Assembly: GCA_964637115.1 (NCBI GenBank)
Contig: CAZWVL010000003.1
Coordinates: forward strand, 77,758 to 141,757
Source: an uncultured Methanosarcinales archaeon
Lineage (GTDB): Archaea; Nanobdellota; Nanobdellia; Woesearchaeales; ARS49
Reading direction: 5' to 3'
Length of the DNA: 64,000 nt
In this document: one piece after another, positions 54,453 through 62,577 of the stretch
Layout: each line of letters starts with the position of its first letter
Numbering within the stretch: the stretch's first letter is position 1
Position numbers and translations under genes: made by a program
The notes under the pieces: generated by a model
Database searches by the model: none
The model's input: the letters and a program-made list of their open reading frames with translations, nothing else
Told to the model about the DNA's origin: nothing

Positions 54453-54568
54453 GCTTCCGTAGCTTAAGTAGCTAACCTTTGCGAAAGGTTAGGATCCAAA
54501 GCATTCAAGTGCCATCTACGATGGCACGACATGCGGCAGATGCTTCGCATTTGTCGTTTCACATTCAC
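54453..54568 (+). other. tRNA-like 5' half (copy of tRNA-Thr acceptor + D arm) followed by three stem-loops: structured leader, pseudo-tRNA or alternative exon
   Basis: GCTTCCGTAGCTTAAGTAGCTA versus the tRNA-Thr GCCTCCGTAGCTT-AGTAGCTA. Hairpins lie at 54472-54492 (9 bp, GCG loop), 54509-54527 (8 bp, TAC loop) and 54526-54557 (ACGAC/GTCGT plus ATGCG/CGCAT). It reuses the CGACA...TGTCG anticodon-stem sequence. There is no T arm and no 3' acceptor strand of its own. Confidence 0.6.
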
Positions 54569-54653
54569 GCCTCCGTAGCTTAGTAGCTATAGCGCGACAT
54601 TGGTAACGATGCCAAAGATGTCGAGGTCGCGGGTGCAACTCCCGTCGGAGGCT
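54569..54653 (+). tRNA. tRNA-Thr (anticodon GGU) with a 12-nt intron at 37/38 and non-canonical D/T loops
   Basis: Acceptor GCCTCCG/CGGAGGC and anticodon stem CGACA/TGTCG with loop TTGGTA[ACGATGCCAAAG]A. Intron CCAA pairs with TTGG (32-35), leaving an AGA 3' bulge, which is a relaxed BHL motif. T arm GCGGG-TGCAACT-CCCGT, and D loop AGTAGCTA lacks GG. Confidence 0.75.
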
Positions 54654-54730
54654 TAAGCAATAGTATTGTGAGCCCTCGGTTTTGGGCCCGAACTGGGTCT
54701 AAATTTCTCCTATGCGTTTGTGAATTAAAA

Positions 54731-55696
54731 TTAATCAGGAATATATTTCAAAACGTGGATGGTGGTATATCCGAGCCATTCGGCATCGTTTACCACGTCC
54801 TTGAACTTCATCCTGATCTCGTCAATGACTTGAAGAAGATGTGGTAGGTCTTTCACGACAACTTCTATTTCAAAATCCGCCCCTCCGATGCTCTTATTCA
54901 TCTGATAAATATTCCGGTGCATGCTGCAGAATTCCAATAATTCCTTGTTGCGTCGGGTCGAAGTGAGCTGCAAGTCCACGCGATACCCTGCAAGGCCGAG
55001 CTTTTTGAGTTCGAAATCCACACGATAGCCGACAATCACCTTGTTCTGTTCGAGATTTTTAATGCGGGCGCGCACGAGTTCGGGGTTGATGCCCAATTTC
55101 CTTCCGATTTCTGACGCGCTCTGCCGCACATTTACGGCATAAGCTTCGATGATATTCTTATCCAGCTGGTCGATGGGTTCTGCAGTGCCAGCCCCATACA
55201 CGCGAATGATTCCCTGCTCAGTAGTCGGAAGGAGGAATTTTCTGTTGAAATTGAAGATGGGCGCGTATACAGCCACATTATAGCTCTTGATGCGCTGCTT
55301 GTACTGTGCCAACAGTCCGTCCCAAACCATGTGGAATTCGGTGATTGTTTTCACACCAATGAATAGAGCAATATCCCATTTTCCGTGCATCGAGACTACT
55401 GTCCATATTTGTTTGAAATGTTTTCTTGCGTATTCTGCAAGCGCATCTCGATCCTGGAGGGTCATTTGTTGGAGTTTGAGATACACACGGAAAGTGAAAA
55501 AGCCCAATTTCGACATGTCCACAATCGCGTAATACCCATTGATGATACCGGCTTGCTCGAGCTTCTCCATCCGATACGAGACGAACTGCTTGGAGCGCTT
55601 CAGCACGCGGCCGAGGTCCGCAAGCGACTGCGCCGCGTTCTTGTCGAGCTCGGACAGCAACTTTCGGTCATACAGATCTAGCTTGTAATCGTCCAT
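54731..55696 (-). CDS. Tandem-duplicated Lrp/AsnC-family transcriptional regulator
   Basis: Two HTH_AsnC-like units (LDLYDRKLLSELDKNAAQSLADLGRVLKRSKQFVSYRMEKLEQAGII and LDKNIIEAYAVNVRQSASEIGRKLGINPELVRARIKNLEQNKVI). Each is followed by a RAM-like domain. Confidence 0.75.
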   Translation of the reverse strand: MDDYKLDLYDRKLLSELDKNAAQSLADLGRVLKRSKQFVSYRMEKLEQAGIINGYYAIVDMSKLGFFTFRVYLKLQQMTLQDRDALAEYARKHFKQIWTVVSMHGKWDIALFIGVKTITEFHMVWDGLLAQYKQRIKSYNVAVYAPIFNFNRKFLLPTTEQGIIRVYGAGTAEPIDQLDKNIIEAYAVNVRQSASEIGRKLGINPELVRARIKNLEQNKVIVGYRVDFELKKLGLAGYRVDLQLTSTRRNKELLEFCSMHRNIYQMNKSIGGADFEIEVVVKDLPHLLQVIDEIRMKFKDVVNDAEWLGYTTIHVLKYIPD

Positions 55697-55808
55697 TTTA
55701 CTAACAAAACAGGTTTTAATATTTAAATATGCCTATTTTCGTCAAAAAATAAAGCAATAATATTTTATATATTAACTTCACATTTACCACCTATAAGTGA
55801 GAAATATA

Positions 55809-57227
55809 ATGAAAAAAGCACTGTTGATCCAACCAGCGTATCCCTACGGCAAGCCCCAGACCTGGCTGCCGACGAGTTTGCACAAGGTAGCCGCAGGCTT
55901 TGAGGCTGGAGGCACTCAAACCGATGTTGTTGATTTGAATCTTGAGCCATTCCCTTCGCTGCAGAATTACGACAATGTTGGAATCGGCGTTATCGGAATG
56001 CCCTACATCCCAGAAACCCGGCGCATTGCGAAAAGAGTATTTGAAGAAACCGGAAAGACGCCACTTATCGGGGGGCCGATTATAGAATTCTTCACGCCCG
56101 ATGAATTCCAGGAAATATACCCCAATTCCGCCCAGGTTCGGGGAGAGATCGTGCACAAAAATTCCAAGCTCGGTCGCACAATAAAAAAGACAGATCCGGT
56201 GCTGCAATTCAAGGGCATCGAGGCCGTTCCGGTGTATGAGGTAAGCATTGCGCAGCGCATAAAGCAGATGCCTGACGATTCGCTCAAGAAGTATCTGGAA
56301 AACGAGTTTGACTTTTTTGTTTCACAAGGCTGCAAATACGGTTGTCATTTCTGTGCCGCGGCGAAAAACCGCCGCGAAGAGTTTAGTGAACACCACGTTA
56401 TGCAAAGCGACCTGGAGGCAATCTGCGAGGCAGCCGGGCGCCTGCAGGTTCCCAAACTGAACATGTACCTCAGCTCGCTTGACCTTTTCCAGAATCCCGA
56501 ACAATTCAAAGAGGTCCTTGGACTCTTTGCCCATATGAGGAAGAAATACCGCCCAATCGACATTGAAGTACGCGGATTAAGCCGGTGCGATTCATTTCTC
56601 ACGGCCATTGAGCAGTTCTCTGAATTCTACACGCTCATTCCCGAATCAGGCTTGCGCACGATTGGTTTTGGCGTTGACGGCGTCGAACAAGCGACTTGGA
56701 ACGAACAAAATAAGCGGAACAAGAGCCTTTCTGATTTTGAGAGAACGTTTACGATTTGCAGAGAACTTGGCGTTACGCCGGAATCGCTGATGGTGACTGG
56801 ATTCCATAATCCGCATACGTATGAGGGCAGCCTTATAGAATTGAAAAGGACTGTGGAGTATGCCATCAAATGGGCGGATAAGTACGGAGCAGTTTGCCGT
56901 CCGCATGTTGCGAAAGACTTTTCTCCTGGAAATACAGGCTGGGAAAACCCAAAATGGGCAGAACAACGCGCACGCCTGGTCAGGAACCCTGACCGGTTCA
57001 TGTGCCTGGATTACCTCATGCCCGCAACAGAATTAAGCCACCCTGATCCTGGATTCCGCGGTCATGTTAACGATGCGTTTTGGAAAATAATTAATGAACT
57101 GACTCCGCGCGGCTTGTGCGCAACTGTCCCGCTGCTGCCGTGTCATGCCGAAGGTGCATATGCGGCTGAACTGATTGCCGCTGCTCTTGCGTATCACCTG
57201 TCACCGAGAATACGTGGGGACAGGTGA
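55809..57227 (+). CDS. Radical SAM protein with N-terminal B12-binding-like domain
   Basis: Cx3Cx2C motif in VSQGCKYGCHFCAA. The N-terminal ~140 aa has a Rossmann-like layout (ALLIQPAYP...VGIGVIGM). The ATG at 55809 is preferred over the GTG at 55797. Confidence 0.7.
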   Translation: MKKALLIQPAYPYGKPQTWLPTSLHKVAAGFEAGGTQTDVVDLNLEPFPSLQNYDNVGIGVIGMPYIPETRRIAKRVFEETGKTPLIGGPIIEFFTPDEFQEIYPNSAQVRGEIVHKNSKLGRTIKKTDPVLQFKGIEAVPVYEVSIAQRIKQMPDDSLKKYLENEFDFFVSQGCKYGCHFCAAAKNRREEFSEHHVMQSDLEAICEAAGRLQVPKLNMYLSSLDLFQNPEQFKEVLGLFAHMRKKYRPIDIEVRGLSRCDSFLTAIEQFSEFYTLIPESGLRTIGFGVDGVEQATWNEQNKRNKSLSDFERTFTICRELGVTPESLMVTGFHNPHTYEGSLIELKRTVEYAIKWADKYGAVCRPHVAKDFSPGNTGWENPKWAEQRARLVRNPDRFMCLDYLMPATELSHPDPGFRGHVNDAFWKIINELTPRGLCATVPLLPCHAEGAYAAELIAAALAYHLSPRIRGDR

Positions 57228-57232
57228 TAAAA

Positions 57233-57724
57233 ATGCCCGAACTCAGTCCAAACGCGCAAAAGGTCCAAGAATTCCTGGACAAGCAAGGATTCTCGTATCA
57301 GGTTGTGGAATTTCAACAGAAGACGCGCAGTGCTGCAGAAGCAGCACAAGCCATCGGATGCACACTGGAACAAATCGCCAAATCAATCGTCTTTCAAGGA
57401 AGCTACACGCAGAAGCCAATTCTCGTGATTGCGAGTGGCGTGAACAGGGTTGACGAAAGCAAGTTGATTTCGCTTGTCTCTGAGCCTGTTCAAAAAGCAA
57501 ATCCGGAATTCGTGCGGCAACACACGGGCTTTTCTATCGGCGGTGTTCCGCCTATTCATTATATCAATAAAATCGAAACGTTTATTGATGAGGATTTGTT
57601 GCGCTATGCCGAGATTTGGGCAGCTGCAGGCACGCCTTATGCGGTTTTTAAGTTGGCGCCAGGTGATCTATTACAAATGACTTACGGAAGAGTCGTTTCG
57701 ATTAAATCAATATCAAAACAATAA
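57233..57724 (+). CDS. ybaK: YbaK/EbsC-type aminoacyl-tRNA deacylase domain protein
   Basis: QKVQEFLDKQGFSYQVVEF...TRSAAEAAQAIGCTLEQIAKSIVF...GGVPP is typical of the YbaK/ProX family. It starts 6 nt after the radical SAM stop. Confidence 0.75.
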   Translation: MPELSPNAQKVQEFLDKQGFSYQVVEFQQKTRSAAEAAQAIGCTLEQIAKSIVFQGSYTQKPILVIASGVNRVDESKLISLVSEPVQKANPEFVRQHTGFSIGGVPPIHYINKIETFIDEDLLRYAEIWAAAGTPYAVFKLAPGDLLQMTYGRVVSIKSISKQ

Positions 57725-57841
57725 TAACTTCGTTAATTTCTCAATTAATAAGATTCGGGAATCGCAGAGGGATCCCACTTTTGCTTCTGTAGCCCATTGT
57801 AGGCTTTCGCCCCCGTTCGTAAGCCCACACTTGAGAAAAGC

Positions 57842-58729
57842 TTATTGATTCGGTTTCGCGCGTTTCAATTCTTCTAACGCTTTTTTCTGATAGTCTATGA
57901 TTTTCGATAGGTCGAAGTTTTTAATTTCGAGCGGGTTCTTAAGAAGATAGACGAGGCCATCTTTTTTGTGTTTGTCAAGTATTGGCTTGACGACTTCGTA
58001 TCCGCCTTCATAAATGATGAATCTGTCTCCCCAATGACATTTGATATCTTCAAGTTCGTATTTTTTGCTCCAGAATTTTATGAAATCTTCTTCAGAACGC
58101 ACTTTAATCGCTTTGTCTCCTTTGAGGATTTCTCCGAAATACGTTCCAATGCCCTCGCGGATAATGAGAATGCCGAGATGCTCGCGAACATTTAGCCGTG
58201 GCAAATCAGGATTGAGATGATCAACACCGCCAATTTCTGACTGCAATTCAAATGCGTAATGATGGCCGAGCTCGTGTGCAAGAAGTTCTTTGATGAAGTT
58301 CAAGTCGTATTCTCTTTCATGCCGTCCGTCATCGATGATTTTGAAGTCGTTACGCAGTGGATCCGTGATTATAGGAGCGACGTTACAGCGCTCATAAGAG
58401 GGATGCACGAACATTGTTTTCGTTTCTTTGTAGTACTGCCCTTCAAAACCGTGGAGTCGCACCCAGTCGATGTTTGGCGGAAGTTCCAGTTCTATTTTTG
58501 GCGTTTCCTTATAAGTGATGCCAAGAATTTTTTCCTGAGCGCGCATAATGCTGCACATGGCTTCGGTGAATATTGAATGAGGATTTGTCTGTCTAGTGAG
58601 TTTTTCTTCGATTTTTGGCGCAGCGTAAGAAGAATCTTGGAGTAGTATTTCTGCCGGAGGCGCGCAAGAAATTATCGCTTCAAGTGAACATATTCCAGCC
58701 CCGATTAAAAACCGCCTTATCGATCCCAT
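57842..58729 (-). CDS. HExxH protein (putative metallopeptidase), possibly lipoprotein
   Basis: HELGHH motif (LLAHELGHHYAFE). The N-terminal hydrophobic segment ends in ...IISCAPP. Confidence 0.5.
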   Translation of the reverse strand: MGSIRRFLIGAGICSLEAIISCAPPAEILLQDSSYAAPKIEEKLTRQTNPHSIFTEAMCSIMRAQEKILGITYKETPKIELELPPNIDWVRLHGFEGQYYKETKTMFVHPSYERCNVAPIITDPLRNDFKIIDDGRHEREYDLNFIKELLAHELGHHYAFELQSEIGGVDHLNPDLPRLNVREHLGILIIREGIGTYFGEILKGDKAIKVRSEEDFIKFWSKKYELEDIKCHWGDRFIIYEGGYEVVKPILDKHKKDGLVYLLKNPLEIKNFDLSKIIDYQKKALEELKRAKPNQ

Positions 58730-58839
58730 ATTTGTTTCACGTAATAGGTTTTATTTAAGAATTGCGGGCGTACGGGAAAGATGCGCTTACGAAGAGGGCG
58801 CTGCTTCCCGCGTGAGGCTCTAAAATTATCGTCATATTT

Positions 58840-59400
58840 TTAATTCGGGGCTGTAAAAGTAAATTCTAGCGTACCTGAGTAGTCTCCTGTTTCTGGGTCA
58901 TAACTTCCAGAACAGCGAACAGCGATAGGTTTTTTCTTGGGTTTGAAAATTCCATCCAGGATCCTTTTTGCGCGGTTGCAGAAATTATTTGTCTGTAAGG
59001 TGTAATCTGGAGTAGGTGTAGATTCTTCTGATGGAGATGGGCTTGGATATTGTGTAGGTGATTCTGAAGGAGATGGGCTTGGATATGGTGTTTCATCCCA
59101 TGGAATTCGGGGTTCTTCCGATGGACTTGGAGACTGTGTAGGTTCTTCCGATGGAGGTGGTGTGCGTTCCCATGGAACTACTGGTTCATCATACAGAGAT
59201 GGGCTTGGAGACGGTTCTTCTGAAGGAGATGGTGTACTTTCCCATGGAACTACTGGTTCATCCCACAGAGATGGAGGGTATTTTTTTGGAGGAGGCATTC
59301 CTGCTTTTCCAACCGGCTCATTAATAATTATCCAGAAAGCAATTATTGCAGCAATTAAAACGGCTCCTAAAATTAAGCCTTCAAATACTCTTTTTTGCAT
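58840..59400 (-). CDS. N-anchored exported protein with P/S/E-rich internal repeats
   Basis: TM LILGAVLIAAIIAFWIII. The repeat (L)xDEPVVPWExTPxPSEEP occurs twice, with a third degenerate copy (EEPRIPWDETP). Confidence 0.6.
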   Translation of the reverse strand: MQKRVFEGLILGAVLIAAIIAFWIIINEPVGKAGMPPPKKYPPSLWDEPVVPWESTPSPSEEPSPSPSLYDEPVVPWERTPPPSEEPTQSPSPSEEPRIPWDETPYPSPSPSESPTQYPSPSPSEESTPTPDYTLQTNNFCNRAKRILDGIFKPKKKPIAVRCSGSYDPETGDYSGTLEFTFTAPN

Positions 59401-59531
59401 ACTAAATCAAGAGAGATTCTATTTAAAAACCTTATTGTTAACTGAAAAGTATGAAATTACAGCCGTACAATACGCACGGAACACTAATATTCTAAACTAG
59501 CCTCTTAACAATAAAATCGGAGGTCGATAAA

Positions 59532-59702
59532 ATGGCAGACTTACAAAAATGGGCGCCGTGGCTGCTTTTGATAGGCGGTCTAGTTCATTTGGTGCCAAAA
59601 CTTTATTCGTGGCTAACAACTTTAACAGGAGGAACTCCTTGGATACAAATTATCGTAGGAGCGCTTTCGGTTATTGTGGCATTGCTCAGCTTTAAGAAAT
59701 AA
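59532..59702 (+). CDS. Mini membrane protein (56 aa), not in the ORF track
   Basis: MADLQKWAPWLLLIGGLVHLVPKLYSWLTTLTGGTPWIQIIVGALSVIVALLSFKK, with two hydrophobic helices. Confidence 0.35.
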   Translation: MADLQKWAPWLLLIGGLVHLVPKLYSWLTTLTGGTPWIQIIVGALSVIVALLSFKK

Positions 59703-59760
59703 TTTTTTTTCTTTTTTAAGCGTAATATTTATAAGGCCGTGTAGGGCGTCCTAAATATAG

Positions 59761-59833
59761 GAGCCCGTGGTCTAGCGGTTATGACGGCTCGTTGACGTCG
59801 AGCAAGTCCCCAGTTCGAACCTGGGCGGGCTCA
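59761..59833 (+). tRNA. tRNA-Val (anticodon GAC)
   Basis: Acceptor GAGCCCG/CGGGCTC, D loop with GG, anticodon arm GCTCG-TTGACGT-CGAGC, T arm CCCAG-TTCGAAC-CTGGG and discriminator A. Confidence 0.9.
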
Positions 59834-59895
59834 TACTTAATGTCTACAAGACGCGTCGCTTCCCGCACAGATCAGCCAAACCGCAGTTTGGGTCT

Positions 59896-59911
59896 ACCTG
59901 GGCGGGCTCAT
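59896..59911 (+). repeat. Direct repeat of the tRNA-Val 3' end (att-like scar)
   Basis: ACCTGGGCGGGCTCAT at 59896-59911 is identical to 59819-59834. The upstream flank CAGTTTGGGTCT is a degenerate copy of the T arm. Confidence 0.85.
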
Positions 59912-59955
59912 TTCTATCATAACGTTTATAAATACAAGAACGAACAGTAATAACC

Positions 59956-61080
59956 ATGTTAAAAGAGGGTGCACCGAGCAAATATTTCTTTCTAGGATTG
60001 ATTACATTCATAGCAATCATCAGCATAATTGTAATCTTTCCCTTTCTTACAAGCATAATAGGGGGCGCTATTCTTGCATTCCTGTTCTATCCATTCTATA
60101 AGTGGATGCAGAAAAGAATAAGGTCAAAAGGCATAGCTGCATTCATAACTGCCATCATAATAATTCTTGTCGTGACTGTTCCTGCAATACTTATTTTCAA
60201 AAACGTGACAACACAATCACACTACATGTATCTGAGGCTAAAACAGCAGGTGTTTAGCGGAGAATTCATAGAAACAAGATGCTATGAAGATACAGTTGTC
60301 TGCAAACTCGTAAATGACGTCAACAGCCTGCTCAGAGACGAATCAGTAAAGGGCTATTTACTTAATCTTTTGAATGACGTGCTAACATTTGTAACGAAAA
60401 AAGTCAGCAGCATCATTCTCTCACTGCCAAAAATCATTATTCATCTGATGGTCGCGCTGTTTACCACATATTATGCATTAAAAGACGGCGACGACCTCAT
60501 CAAACGAGCAGCGAAAGTGGCGCCCTTGAAAGTCCACCACCAAGAGCAAATCATCAAACAATTTGGAGATGTAACGTATGCGGTCATTTACGGAAGTTTT
60601 GTCGTGGCACTTGTACAAGGAACACTCGGCGCATTCGGCTTCTGGCTGTTCGGCATCCAAAGCTTTCTCTGGTGGGCAATAGTCATGACATTCTTCGCAC
60701 TCATACCCTTTGTCGGCACGTGGGTTGTCTGGATGCCAGCAAGCATATTCCTCGGTTTAACTGGCTACCTCCAGGGAGAGACCACATTAATGTGGAAAGG
60801 CATTGGTTTGTTCTTCTACGGGCTATTGATAATTTCGACGATTGATAACATTTTGAAGCCAGTAATTGTCGCAGGAAGAGCGCGCGTTCACCCGCTTTTG
60901 ATATTAATTGGAATTTTAGGAGGACTATTTGCGTTTGGACTCATAGGATTAATTCTTGGACCGCTTATCCTTGCACTCCTGCAGACGCTGTTGGAAATCT
61001 ACGAACGCGAGCGCAGACCACATGCCGGCGAACCGGAACCGGACATTCTAGGACATAAAAACCATCACAGACGACGTTAA
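59956..61080 (+). CDS. AI-2E family transporter (PerM/UPF0118)
   Basis: About 8 TM helices. YALKDGDDL and ALIPFVGTWVVWMPASIFL are typical of the family. Confidence 0.8.
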   Translation: MLKEGAPSKYFFLGLITFIAIISIIVIFPFLTSIIGGAILAFLFYPFYKWMQKRIRSKGIAAFITAIIIILVVTVPAILIFKNVTTQSHYMYLRLKQQVFSGEFIETRCYEDTVVCKLVNDVNSLLRDESVKGYLLNLLNDVLTFVTKKVSSIILSLPKIIIHLMVALFTTYYALKDGDDLIKRAAKVAPLKVHHQEQIIKQFGDVTYAVIYGSFVVALVQGTLGAFGFWLFGIQSFLWWAIVMTFFALIPFVGTWVVWMPASIFLGLTGYLQGETTLMWKGIGLFFYGLLIISTIDNILKPVIVAGRARVHPLLILIGILGGLFAFGLIGLILGPLILALLQTLLEIYERERRPHAGEPEPDILGHKNHHRRR

Positions 61081-61082
61081 AA

Positions 61083-62576
61083 ATGGAATTGAAAGTCAAA
61101 GACATGGACATTGCAACTGGAGACGTGCAAGTTGTCATTCTCAATAAAAAAGACGCGCATGAACTTGACCTGCATCACATGGACAGACTCGTGCTCAAAA
61201 AGAACAGCAGAAGAACTGTTGCCATTTTAGACATTGCAGAGAGCAAAAAAGCAGTACCGCCAGGCCACATTGGATTGTTTGAAGAAGTGCTGGATGCCTT
61301 GCACGCAAAAAACGGCGACAAAGTCAACTTGGACATTGCAGAAAAACCAGAATCAGTCACGTATATCAGAAAAAAATTAGACGGCAAAAGATTAACACCA
61401 AAAGAAATCAAAATCATTGTAGAAGACATTGTCAACAACAGACTTACCGATGTAGAATTAACCAGCTTTGTCACGGCAGGCTATACGCGCGGCATGAGCA
61501 TGAAAGAAATCGTTGCACTGACAAAAGCAATGGCTGAGACGGGAGAGACGTTAAAGTTCAACAAGTATCCAGTGGTGGATATACATTCAATCGGAGGCGT
61601 GCCAGGCAACAGAACAACAATGATAGTTGTTCCCATTCTTGTGGCTGCAGGCTGCATAGTTCCAAAGACGAGCAGCAGAGCGATAACTTCTCCGGCAGGA
61701 ACGGCAGACACCATGGAAGTATTAGCTCCAGTCAGCATGTCAATAAACAAACTTAAAAAAATCATTGATGACGTTGGAGGGTTTATCATCTGGGGCGGAG
61801 CAGTAAATTTGGCGCCGGCAGATGATAGAATAATTCACGTTGAACATCCTTTAAGCATCGATGCAGAAGGACAAATGCTTGCCTCAATAATGGCAAAAAA
61901 ATCAAGCGTCGGAGCAACACACTTGCTTATGGAAATTCCAATCGGCAGAGGAACAAAAGTGGGAACAACACGACAGGCAAAGCACCTTAGCAAACACTTT
62001 GCAGAATTGGGACACGCGTTGAGCATCAAGGTGAAGACAATCATTACGGACAGCTCAGAGCCGATCGGCAATGGAATCGGCTCTGTACTGGAAGCGCGCG
62101 ATGTTTTGTGGACTTTGAAATGTGACAAAAGAGCACCGCCCGACCTGGTGAAAAAAAGCATATGGATGGCAGGATTAATGTTGGAATTTGTCGGCAAAGC
62201 GCGGAAAGGAACAGGCTATTTGATGGCAAGCAGATTGTTAACAACAGGTGCCGCTTACGGCGCCATGACGCGCATCGTGGAAGCGCAAGGCGGCAAAATG
62301 CCAGAGCCAGAAGCTTTGAAACCTGCAGAAAGAACTTATGTTTATCGTGCAGAAAAATCAGGACGAATACGTACCATTGAAAATTCTTCAATTGCAAAAA
62401 TTGCACGAATGGCGGGCGCACCAGTTGACTCAGATGCAGGCATTTACCTGTACAAACACTGCGGAAGTCAAGTGAAAAAGGGAGAGCCAATTCTGACTAT
62501 TTACGCGCGCAGCGTGCATAAGCTTGGCTATGCGGTAAAGGCGCTGAGAAAGCTTGACGGAATAATTATAGTATAA
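61083..62576 (+). CDS. AMP phosphorylase (archaeal thymidine-phosphorylase homolog)
   Basis: About 500 aa, with the extra N-terminal domain MELKVKDMDIATGD.VVILNKKDA characteristic of archaeal AMPpase. The phosphorylase core contains SIGGVPGNRTT. Confidence 0.85.
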   Translation: MELKVKDMDIATGDVQVVILNKKDAHELDLHHMDRLVLKKNSRRTVAILDIAESKKAVPPGHIGLFEEVLDALHAKNGDKVNLDIAEKPESVTYIRKKLDGKRLTPKEIKIIVEDIVNNRLTDVELTSFVTAGYTRGMSMKEIVALTKAMAETGETLKFNKYPVVDIHSIGGVPGNRTTMIVVPILVAAGCIVPKTSSRAITSPAGTADTMEVLAPVSMSINKLKKIIDDVGGFIIWGGAVNLAPADDRIIHVEHPLSIDAEGQMLASIMAKKSSVGATHLLMEIPIGRGTKVGTTRQAKHLSKHFAELGHALSIKVKTIITDSSEPIGNGIGSVLEARDVLWTLKCDKRAPPDLVKKSIWMAGLMLEFVGKARKGTGYLMASRLLTTGAAYGAMTRIVEAQGGKMPEPEALKPAERTYVYRAEKSGRIRTIENSSIAKIARMAGAPVDSDAGIYLYKHCGSQVKKGEPILTIYARSVHKLGYAVKALRKLDGIIIV

Positions 62577-62577
62577 G

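Noticed and set aside
54472-54557. The hairpins upstream of tRNA-Thr might be an H/ACA or C/D box guide RNA, since an ACA triplet follows the last stem at 54561-54563.
   Set aside because: The stems are perfect, with tri- to deca-nucleotide loops and no internal pseudouridylation pocket or K-turn. No C (RUGAUGA) or D (CUGA) boxes are present.
54291-59911. The region between the tRNA-Leu/Thr cluster and tRNA-Val might be an integrated mobile element.
   Set aside because: It has no integrase, no replication or capsid genes, and no matching direct repeats at the two ends. Its content (Lrp, radical SAM, YbaK, HExxH) looks chromosomal. Only the local 16-nt tRNA-Val duplication is retained as a finding.
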